Positions 1 to 10,533 of a stretch of DNA of 45,110 nucleotides are shown piece after piece. Origin of the DNA: Reclinomonas americana ATCC 50394 (lineage: Eukaryota); the NCBI GenBank assembly GCA_048213135.1, contig PS015218.1:103817-148926 (forward strand), read 5' to 3'. How positions within the stretch are numbered: position 1 is the first letter of the stretch; the number at the start of each line of letters is the position of its first letter. The translations under genes and the position numbers were made by a program. The notes under the pieces were generated by a model that had not been told where the DNA came from, searched no databases, and saw only the letters and a list, made by a program, of their open reading frames with translations.

Positions 1-295
1 GGCCGAGGCGCACGAGCTGCATGTTGGGGATGCGATGTGGGAGGACACAGCTGGTGGAGGACAGTGCGACGTGCAGCATGAAGACCACGGCGAGGTCTTT
101 GCCTTTGCTGCTGCAGTGCAACAATCCTCTAAAGTTCTTATTTACTCATACAAAACTTTAGCAGAATCAAGCGAGGCCGAAGCAGAGGAACATCTTGCAT
201 CGCACTGGCGAGGTATCTCACCCCTCCTTCGTCCACCCGCTGCGTCCATAGACCATCCACACAGAGGTGCCACTGACGTTGCGCAGAACTACGGC

Positions 296-3200
296 TCAGA
301 CTTCGCCACTTGCAAATGGCAGCGACCACACCCTAACAGTGCTGTCTCCGCTCCCACTGAAGATGTGCTGACCGTCAAGAGCGACGGCTACAGACCACAC
401 ACAGGAATCGTGTCCCTCCAATCGTCGCACTTCCTTCCCGCTCACGAGTGACCACACTCGCACTGTCGTGTCTACACCGCCACTGACAATGTGCAAACTA
501 TTCCGAGTGACGGCAACTGACATCACCGCAGCTGTGTGTCCCTCCAACCGCCGAACCTCCTCCCCACTCCCCAGTGACCACATGCGCACTGTGGTGTCGC
601 TGCTCCCACTCACAATGTACTCACCGTCGGGTGTAACGGCAACAGCACTCACTGGCCCACTGTGCCCACCCAACTGTCGCACTTCCTCTCCACTCCCCAG
701 TGACCACACACGCACCGTCATGTCCCCACCCCCACTCACAACATGTAGACCGTCGGGAGTGACGGCGACTGAGTTAACACCTTCAGTGTGTCCCTCCAAA
801 CGTCGCACTTCATCGCCACACTCCAGTGACCACACACGCACCGTCATGTCCCCACCCCCACTCACAACATGCAGACTGTCGGGAGCGATGGCGACAGAAT
901 TCACCCACCCAGAGTGACCATCCAACCGTCGCACTTCCTCTCCACTCGCCAGTGACCACACACGTGCTGTACCATCCCAGCTGCCACTGATAATGTGCTG
1001 ACGATCGGGAGTGATGATGACAGAAGACACCCTTTCTGAGTGCCACTTCAACTCTCGCACCTCTTCCCCACTTGTTAAGGACCACACCCGCACTGTCTTG
1101 TCGTAGCTCCCGCTCACAACATGCTGCCCGTCGGGACTGATGGCAACACTGTAGACACCTGAAGGTCCGACCATCGGTTTCCTCGGCCACTTCACGCCCG
1201 TCACATCCGCCCCCCTGAAATCAGCTTCCCTCGCAAACGCCATGCACACATTCACCCCTCGCAAATCCGCACCCCTCCACACCGTCCGGTGCATCACCGC
1301 ATCCCTCAAATCCGCGCCCCTCACTCGCACACCCGACAGGTCGCGCCCACTGAACGACACTTGCGCCACACACAACACCGTCGCTGCGTTCGCGGCTGCT
1401 GTTACTACACGCTCCTCATCCACCTCCCGCGACATCTCAATCACCTCCCACAGTCTCTCTTGCAGTAGAGGAGACCGTCGCACCACCTCGGCGATCTGCT
1501 CCACCAACGATGGTCGATCATTCAGCAGTCGCACTGCCAGCACATGCTGCTGCACATCTTCTATCTTCAACCTCCTCTCCTCATCCCACGACTCCCAAGC
1601 AAACACATGCCGTGCCACACAGTGCTCCAGCAACGACAGATGCACGAAGCCCCACTGCGTCGTCCCATACCGTTGCACAATCGGACAGCACACTCGCACG
1701 TGCTGGTTCTTGCGACCAAGGAACTTGTCAAACGGTGCTTCCTCCTGTCGTGGCACACCACCAAAGTAATCGTCCTCCTCTCCATCGCCTTCCTCTTCTA
1801 CAGTCACAGACACACGCACCACATTTCTCTCGTGAATCAACCGTGCCAGTCCCTCGTAGAAGGAGAGACATGTCTCCTCACTCGGCACACGCTCTGCACC
1901 AAGACGTGTCTGCCTCTCTCGCTCCCTGTCAATCCAATGTCGAATGAATCGGTCAAACACATCACACCGAGTCGGTCGCTGCATGCCACTCGCCACCAAC
2001 TGCGGCAACACACGAGCCACCACCGCCAGCATGAACGGATTCGACACCAGTGCATCCAGTCCATGTACACTCTTCAGCGCACGAATGTACTCCTCGGCAG
2101 TCGACCATCGCACTTCATCATCACCACCACCTACTTGCACCAGTCGCTCAAAGTACTCCTCAATCTGCTCCTTGTTGAAAGGAGCAACGTAAACTTCCAT
2201 CACCTGCTGCACGCACAACTGTTCTCGTACATCAACTGGTGCAAAGTACCGTCGATACTGCGTCACACCACCCAGTGCCGTCAGTGCGTAATCACCCCGA
2301 CACGTGATAATCACCTTCAGATCACGACACACATCCAACTGATTCTTGACAAACAGATTCACACCACGTGACAACTCGTCGTACCCGTCAAGCAACAGCA
2401 GCAGTGGTTCCTCCTTCAATCGTCGCATATCCGCCTCACTGAATCCCAACTCGGGTGACAGTCGCTCCAGTGCCTCTTGCAACAGTCGCTCATCGGCATT
2501 GTGCAGTGCACCGAGACGCACACGCACAGGCACTCGTTGACTCCCGCCTGTGTGCCACTGTCGCCATGCTCGCTCGGCCAGCACCGACATGGTGGTGGTC
2601 TTCCCGGCTCCGCTGTTGCCAAAGAGCACCAGCACACGAAGCTTGGTGTTGGTGTCGGCGAGGAAGGCATCCACCTCCGTCAACAGATCCGTCAACTTGT
2701 CACTCGAAGAGACGTCACGATCACATGAGCACAGCAGCGGCACATACATCTGCATGTCCTTGCTCACATTCTCGTCGTGCTGATAGAAAGAGAGCTCACG
2801 CACAGCCAGTCGATGCAATCGCTCTTCGAAGGTACGGTCGTTGAAATCGAAAAGCTCGTAGCGCGCCTCGCGGACACTTGCGCCAAATCGAGCTACCTCG
2901 TCAGCCGTCAACTGCAGCAGAGAGAGGATGGCGAAGAAGACGCCGTCATCATCAATCAATTGCTTCACCGTGGACGTCTCCGTCTGCGCAAATGGACCGT
3001 ACTCAATCTCATTCTGCGCCATTCGCAGCTGCTCAACAGCCTTGCGCTCGTCAGCATCGTCAATCAGCAGCAACTTGCGACCGGCATCTTCAACAAAGCC
3101 ACCAAACAGCAAGATTGATACCAACTCCATCGCGTCGAATGCATCACATGACGGATCACAAGTGGGATCGGCGTCGAACGCCACACGCCAGGCCAACATC

Positions 3201-4306
3201 ATCGGTTGTTTCTCCTTGCACAGCTCGACTTGCTCGGGACAGAACGGAGCATGCCGGTCGTACCACGCTGCGATTGTCGACGGATGCAAGAACAACGGAG
3301 GCGTCCACACATCGCGAGTCCATGCCCGCACGTCAAAGTCGGCATGATCGCGACTGAACTGAGCGAGTACGCGTCGACAGCGCAGACGGATTGCCTCCTC
3401 CATCACCTTTAAGGCCATTTGGATACGATAGAAGTTGACCATGCTGTGCGTGCACACACAAAAGCAGTCAGCACAGACTCACACCGAGCGAAGAACAAGG
3501 AAGGGGAGAGGGAAAGAGGATGACGAAGACAAACCGAGTCACACGCTCCGAGTTGCTAGAGTGAGCATCATCACACAGAAGATGCTCTTCGTATACAAAT
3601 CCAGACACACCTTCGAGCTCCATTTCCACTACCACTCCCACTCCCAGTCCCTTCAATCGACTGCAGCGCCAGGCCAAGCGTCACACGGACGACGAGATGA
3701 GTGAATGCGTTGATGCCAAGCAATTTCAACTTCGGCGCTCCCACGTCTTCCAAGTCGTATGGCGCTGGTTTCTCCACCCCTACAATCTCCATCGCCTCAT
3801 CTCCACTCCTCTCACGCAGCATGCGTGTGGCCTCGCGAAGCAAGTCCCCGAGAGTGGATGCGGCCGTCATGCGTTCCACCACCACCCACAGCGACGAATC
3901 GTGTGCAGCGCTCACCCACACACAAAACTACCACACAGAGAGCGGCGAGAGAGGGAAGTCAGTGATAATTCTCAGGAAGTTTTGTGTAAAGTGAGATCTC
4001 ACCCACTCACCGACATTCTCGTTGCAGCTGCAGCTGCAGTTTCGGCTGCCGTGAATATATAGAAATAGCTTGTTTCACACTGACTGCCTGGTAGCTTGCA
4101 CTTCTTCTCGGCGTACCTCTTCGCGACGATCCGTGACTTTCATGCTGCAGGACGGACGACTCGCAATGATCCGTCGCCAACATACTGGTGCTCTCTCTGT
4201 GTATGTGTATGCATGCATGCATGTGTGTGTATGCGCCCGTGTTCGTAGATACACAATGCGCGACACGCAACGGTAGTCGGAAGATGCATTTTGTCTCTCT
4301 GGTCAT
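296..4306 (-). CDS. NLR-like STAND protein: putative ubiquitin-like N-terminus + NACHT NTPase + pentapeptide repeats + 7 WD40 repeats
   Basis: One 3.15 kb exon (3443..296) carries Walker A GNSGAGKTT (~2597-2620), Walker B LLLLDGYDE, AANAATVL followed by pentapeptide repeats (GRDLS-GVRVR-GADLR...) and seven GH...W-type WD40 units. It joins in frame through GT-AG introns 3610..3444 and 4010..3928 to upstream exons (MSFCVWV...TLGDLLREA...LKLLGI..HLVVRV). The start may be ATG 4016 or ATG 4306 via two more in-frame introns. Confidence 0.85.
310..1162 (-). repeat. Seven WD40-coding tandem units, 126 bp period
   Basis: tgaccacacacgcaccgtcatgtccccacccccactcacaacatg recurs at 701 and 827. The 42-aa units read (G)H..V.SVA.TPDG.H.VSG..D.TVRVWSL.SGEEVRRL. 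Confidence 0.92.
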
Positions 4307-4482
4307 CCAGTGGTGGTGAGTAAAGAGAGCTGGCAGTGCACGAGGAAGGGGTACGCTGAGCTAAAGAAACTCAACTTTGTCAAAAACAACCACTTTTCAA
4401 CGCGTAGAGAGCGTTGTGTTATGTGGCAAGTGTGTGAGTTGTCCTGTGGGTCCGCGCATTCGTATTATCGAGAGAAGGTGCC

Positions 4483-7400
4483 ATGGACAAGCGCGTGTCT
4501 CCGGAGGCCTATGCGCAGGCACTGCAGGTGCCTGCCTCAGAGGCACTCAAGCGCGCCATCAAGTTTGCCATGCTGTTCAAACGAGTTGCGATTCTCGCCT
4601 TTTTCTCTTCACACGCACACACAGACACACAGACGCCGCCGCCTGCGCATACGCATACAGCGAGACAGGCACGCGCACACACACACGCACACAGAGTCGC
4701 ACAGTCAAGCAGTGTGCTATTACGATCCTCTGTTTTGCCAAGCGCGGCCGTTTGATGACGCAGTTGTCTCCCNNNNNNNNNNNNNNNNNNNNNNNNNNNN
4801 NNNNNNNNNNNNNNNNNNNNNNNNNNNNNNNNNNNNNNNNNNNNNNNNNNNNNNNNNNNNNNNNNNNNNNNNNNNNNNNNNNNNNNNNNNNNNNNNNNNN
4901 NNNNNNNNNNNNNNNNNNNNNNNNNNNNNNNNNNNNNNNNNNNNNNNNNNNNNNNNNNNNNNNNNNNNNNNNNNNNNNNNNNNNNNNNNNNNNNNNNNNN
5001 NNNNNNNNNNNNNNNNNNNNNNNNNNNNNNNNNNNNNNNNNNNNNNNNNNNNNNNNNNNNNNNNNNNNNNNNNNNNNNNNNNNNNNNNNNNNNNNNNNNN
5101 NNNNNNNNNNNNNNNNNNNNNNNNNNNNNNNNNNNNNNNNNNNNNNNNNNNNNNNNNNNNNNNNNNNNNNNNNNNNNNNNNNNNNNNNNNNNNNNNNNNN
5201 NNNNNNNNNNNNNNNNNNNNNNNNNNNNNNNNNNNNNNNNNNNNNNNNNNNNNNNNNNNNNNNNNNNNNNNNNNNNNNNNNNNNNNNNNNNNNNNNNNNN
5301 NNNNNNNNNNNNNNCCTCCTCTCTCTCTTCCTCTCTTCGTGCGGATGGTGGCTTGGATACACTGACACGCATGTAACGCACACACAGGGCGATCACTTCA
5401 AGACGTGGCAACCTCGCCTCTGTGTCATGACTGCAGATGTTGCGTCTCTCTCTCTCTCTCTGTTGCCTCGCTGATGTGTGCATTGCGCGCTCACCGCACG
5501 TACACAGTTCCTGTACTACTTCAAGTCGGAAAAGGTACTTGCACTGTGCATGCGAATCGCGTTGCCATCAGTGATGATCATCATCATTATTTTTTCGTGC
5601 AAAGGATCGACAAGCCAAGGGTCTGATTGACTTAAAGTCGGCGACGGCGGTGCAGGCGGTCAGCGNNNNNNNNNNNNNNNNNNNNAGGAGCAGGTCGGGC
5701 GCAAGCATGTGTGGTCGGTGAAGCTGCCGCATCGCACGTGGTACCTGGCCACGGACTTTGAGGGACAGACGCAAGAGTGGATTGTGGCCATGCGTCAGTT
5801 GGTGTTTCCGGCGCCACCGTCGTCGGCTGCGGCGGACGCTGCTGGTGGTTCGGGATCGTCGTCCACGGGGACGTCCACGCTGGCGTCTTCGGCCTCCACT
5901 CGATCCATGTCGGTGGGATCGACGGCTGGTGGCGCGCCGAGACCAATCAGTGAGTACCTCAACGAGGTGAAACCGGAGGTGCCAGTCACACTGCCGCCGC
6001 GGCAGTTGCGCGAGTCGATGAAGGAGGGCGACGTGTTGACAGAGAGGTAGGCATGCATTCGTGCACGACGCTACGGTAGATGCACGCGAGAGACTCAATG
6101 TCACTTGTGCAGCGTGCGCTCGTCGGCCAACTCGGTGGCGCGATCCGCCTCCGGTTCCTTCTCTTCGCTGGCCTCGGCCTCTCTGCCTGTGGCACCCCTG
6201 GTGGATCCGGCCATGGAAGAGCGGCGAAGGCAGGAGGAGCGCGCCCGAAAGAGAAAGGCACGGCAGACCGATCGCAAGCACGTCTCTCGACAGCGATTGG
6301 AGCGCGAGCGGCAGGAGCGCGAGCGCAAGCGGCAGGAACGGCAGCAGGAGCTTGAGACGCAGGTGTGTTGATGCGGCGTGGGCTGTCGGATGGATAGGAG
6401 AGAGATGATGATGATGCTGAATGTTGTTGCTGCGCAGCGCAACGCTGTGTGTCAGCGATTTGTGGGCGTCTGCAAGCGCGGCACCGGCCTCATCAAGTAT
6501 CCGTTTGGCAGTGCGAAACCGGCCATGCGATGGTTCCAGCTGAGCGACGATGCCACCACACTGAATGTTGCGGTGGTCTCTGTGTGTTTTGCGCTCTCAC
6601 ACACGCTACTTGACTGACATGTGCGCGTATGGAATCGTGTACGTAGTACGGCAAGAAGCGCGGCAAAGTCTCGAGTTCTGTGCGCCTGGCCGACGTGTTG
6701 TGGATGGTGTATGGACCGCATACGCACGTGTTTCGGGAAAAGTTCTCTGGCGAAGGTGTGTTTGCGAGAGAGAGTGTGTGTGTGTGTGTACTGTGTGCTC
6801 CTGGCTGATGCGGTGATGTCGTGTAGGGTCGGCGCGATGCTTCAGTTTGAAGTTACCGGATCGCACGCTGGATCTGCAGGCGACAACCGATGAAGACTGC
6901 GAGACGTGGTTCCTCGGCTTGCAGTACTTGTGTCGAGCGCAGATTCAAGCGGCACAGCGACAGTACCTCACGCGGTCGCGGTACTTGCTGAAGGTGAGCG
7001 TCGTTTTCCCTCCTCCCCCCTCGCCGTCTACAAGCCACTAACATTTGTGCATCGGTCATGCAGCGTCTGCGCACCAAGTTCAAGGAGGTGCTTCTGTGTT
7101 CGTGTGTGTGTGTTTGATTCGTGCCGACTCATTCTGTGTGCAGCGCAACTTTGTGCTGTCGCGGTTTGTCCGCGCGGCCGTGGCCAGCGTGCGTGACACC
7201 GAGAGACCGTATGCGGCCGAAATCCGTTTGTGTTGGAACGCATTCGACACCGACAGCAACGGCCTGGTGCAGAAGGATGAGTTTGTGCAGTTCTTCCGCC
7301 TGCTCGGCGAGGATCCCGTGCGTGACGAGTACTTTGAGGAGCTGTGGGATGAGATGGATCTCGACGGTGACGGGCAGCTGGACTTTGGAGTTGCGGGCGC

Positions 7401-8668
7401 AGACATGCAGTGTGCTGTGTGACATGAGGAGTCTAGCTGACCCGAGTGTTTTGTAGGAATTCATGGAGGTCGCATCGGCTCTTTTTTCGATCCAAGAGCT
7501 GGCGCTGGTGGCCAAAATCCACAACATGTTCCTGCGTTACGACTCCGACCGGGACGGCAAGATTGGCAAGGAAGAGGTGCGTGGTTGTGTTTTTCGGCGC
7601 CGATGATTACGCACAGATTGCTAACTGACGCCTGTCGCTCGCACAAAGGTCTGTGCCATCTATCGCGACTTTGAGGGCGAGGAGATGCGGCAGGAGCAGT
7701 TGGCCGACTTCTTCCTCGGTCTCGACGCGGATGAGGATGGTGTGATTACGTGGCAGGAGTTCTTGACGGCCGCCGTCAGCAACTATGCGGCGTTTGCCAA
7801 TTACCACGCACACCCGCGCAACGAGCGAGAACTGTACCTGCTGTTCAACACCATCGATGCGGATGCCGACGGCGAGTTGTCGGTGGACGAGATTGCGGCG
7901 TTTGTACAGGATTTGGGTATGACGGTGCCGCGCTACCGCATCATTGATCTTGTCGACAAGCTCGACGCCGACGGCAACGGGGCTCTGTCGTTTATCGAGT
8001 GCGTCTCTTTCGTTTGACTGTCGTCTGCCGGTTGCATGACTGACGAGTACCCGCAGGTTCCTGCGCCTCGCTCGCGCACTGTTCAATGTCGAGGAGTTGG
8101 GCCTGCTGGCGCGCATGCGCAACTCGTTCAAGCGATGGGACAAGCGTGGCATGGACAGTATTGCGGCCTCCGACGCCAATGTGGTCACTCGAGACTTTGT
8201 TGGCTACGAGTACCCGGAGGACGGGCTGCGCACGTTGGTGCAGGCATTGCCGGTGGAGGACAATTGCGTCAAGTGGCGCGCGTTCCTCACCACCATTGTC
8301 AAGCTGCTGCCACAATTCAACGTGCGTCGTCGTCGTTGCACCGTGTCCCTCCCACGCACAATCCTAATATATCACGTGTTGTGCAGACTCGCGTCCGCTC
8401 GCTGCCCGGCAGTCCTGTCGGCGGGGCATCGTCGTCGGCTGCCGGTGCCGCTGCAACGACCACAGCCAATGGTGCTCCAGCGCAGTCGTCGGGCGCCGCC
8501 GCCGTCACCACCGTCTCCGCGGGTGCCTCAGGAAGTGGAGCACCTGCGCCTCGACCGAGTGGCAGCGGTGGCGGTCCTTCACCCATGCCAGCCACGCCAC
8601 CCACCTTCAACCAGCCGTCGCTCTTCCTGTCGGGACCCACCAGCTTCTCGACACGATTCAGCAAGTGA
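4483..8668 (+). CDS. Protein with two PH domains and about 6-8 EF-hands (~14 exons)
   Basis: PH1 after splicing: AMLFKR|GDHFKTWQPRLCVMTAD|FLYYFKSEK|DRQAKGLIDL...RTWYLATD...EWIVAM. PH2: LIKYPFG..RWFQLSDD..CFSLKLPDRTLDLQA..ETWFLGL. EF loops: DTDSNGLVQKDE, DLDGDGQLDFGE, DSDRDGKIGKEE, DADEDGVITWQE, DADADGELSVDE, DADGNGALSFIE. Intron 1 spans the N gap. Confidence 0.8.
4773..5315. other. Assembly gap (N run) within intron 1 of the PH/EF-hand gene
   Basis: Run of N; the flanking exons join in frame across it. Confidence 0.95.
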
Positions 8669-8743
8669 AACATATGAAAAAAAAAGAATGTATTTTCTGC
8701 AAATTGTATAAGCATCTCCGTTTTTTTTCCTCCTCGCTGGAGA

Positions 8744-10450
8744 TCACTGTGCCTGCGCAGTCACTGGCCGCCGTTGTCGACTGCGCAGCCAGATGTTTAG
8801 TAATCTCCGCAGCGGGTTGAACAGCGGCGTCGGCAGGAGTCCCAGCGCCCACACAATAGTCTGCAAAGTAGCAGCCGACATCGTCAACATCACATGCAGC
8901 AGACAGCGACGCGTCGACGGACGCAACAGCAAGTGACAGAGGGTGCGTGTGCACGGCCTCGAATTCGTCGGGTTGCAAAACAGTGCGCTGAATGTGCTCG
9001 GCCGCCTCCGAGGCCGTGACTTCGAACATGACGCGTCCCTTGATGCCCTTGCTCAGCTTGCGCCGTTGCAGCATTGGCGTGTCGACAAAGGCCGGTGCCA
9101 CTGACGTGAAGGTGACGATGCCGTGGTACCGTTGTCGCATCGACTGCGACCACAGACGACAATGGGCAAAGTCAGTCCACTCACAACCACCCGTCGGTTC
9201 CGGATACTGCACGCAACTTGCGTCCACATGCGCAGGCCGGCCAGGCTCGCCGCATACGCTGCGCCATCGTGAAAGTGCGCGCATGTGGTGGACACCGAGT
9301 CCATCGTGACCACATGTCCGTGGCCACGCTCCTGTGCAAACGACGATTGAGTGCGACAAAACAACTCCATCATGCAGCAGGCTGCAGGCACATCGCAACT
9401 TGGAGACGCGGCAGCAGCGGCTCCACCGTGTTGACCACGCCACAAAAGTTCGTGCGCAGTGCGTTGCGCATGCGGTCGCTGCGCGAGGGTCCCGGTGCCG
9501 TCACTGCAACAACCAATCAGCATCAGCGTTGAACACCACCAGCACACTCGCCCCCCGCGCTGCGCAACATTCAGAGACACCGGCCAGCGCGCAAATCACG
9601 TCGAGCGGACGTGTGTCGTCAACACGCAGCACAAAGTCACGCATCGCCGACGCCGACTGCACGTTCAGCTCCCTGTGTCACCACAGTAAGCATTTTTGAT
9701 CGCATCGCGAGGCACTGCCGAAGCTGGTGGCCACGCAACGCAAAGGTGACTTGCGCGCCAGCCGTCGTGCACTCCTGCGCCACCTCGCGCAGCGCATCCC
9801 TGTCGAGTCCCACCAGTGCCAGAGCCACTCCAGGCGCCGCCCACTGCAACGCCAATGCACGTCCGATTCCCGAGCTGGCGCCCGTGATCAGCACCGAGGT
9901 GCCGCACGCAGCACTTCCCGCCTGCTGTCGATCGTGATGCGCGACCTGATGCCGTCGCCGATCGCCCGTCACGGCCGATATCACCGCCGAGGCCGTCGCC
10001 GGTGCATTGAGCACATCGACACTGTTATCTTCGCGCGACTCGTCACCATCATCCACCACACTAGTGCTGCTGCTACTGCTGCAGCTGCTCTCCCCGTCAC
10101 TGTCATCGTCGGCATCATCACTGACGATTCCGGTCGCCGGCTGCTTGACCGCTGCGTCTGCCCCTCGCTTGCGACGACAACAACAACAACAGCAGCAGCA
10201 GCAGCACCAGCGCCACACAGATGCCAGCACGTGCAACAACATGTCGCGCACTCGCTGCACCACACGCCACACGTACAGCGTCCACGCCAACGACAAGCAC
10301 AGCGGTCCCGACACATACGTCCACAGCAGCATCTGGCGTCGACCCCATGAGACACACAGACACACAGACACACGAGCTCTTTCCCACAAGGGCACGTACC
10401 TGCCATAGCGCAGCACAAAAGGTGCGCAGTGATGACGGTGCTGGCGTCAT
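8744..10450 (-). CDS. Short-chain dehydrogenase/reductase with hydrophobic N-terminus and poly-Cys tract (7 exons)
   Basis: VLITGASSGIGRALA (TGxxxGxG), LDVICALAG, RTNFCG, GHVVTMDSV, YAASL, VAPAFVDTPM, joined by six GT-AG introns. The start codon is tentative. Confidence 0.85.
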
Positions 10451-10533
10451 GCGCGCGACAAGAGACGGCTTCGTCCTCTCTTCTTCACCTGTCCCGCGCG
10501 CTTTGTGTCTTTCTGTCGCTCTTTCTTTTGCGC

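Noticed and set aside
1-451. Plus-strand ORF 35..451
   Set aside because: No recognisable motif and it overlaps the WD40 gene antisense; it may be the tail of an upstream gene but cannot be supported.
4310-5483. ORFs spanning the N gap
   Set aside because: They stay open only because N codons contain no stops.
5536-7648. AAG acceptors and CA/GT/GA microsatellites in introns
   Set aside because: A minor acceptor variant and the background intron composition of this genome; not distinctive.
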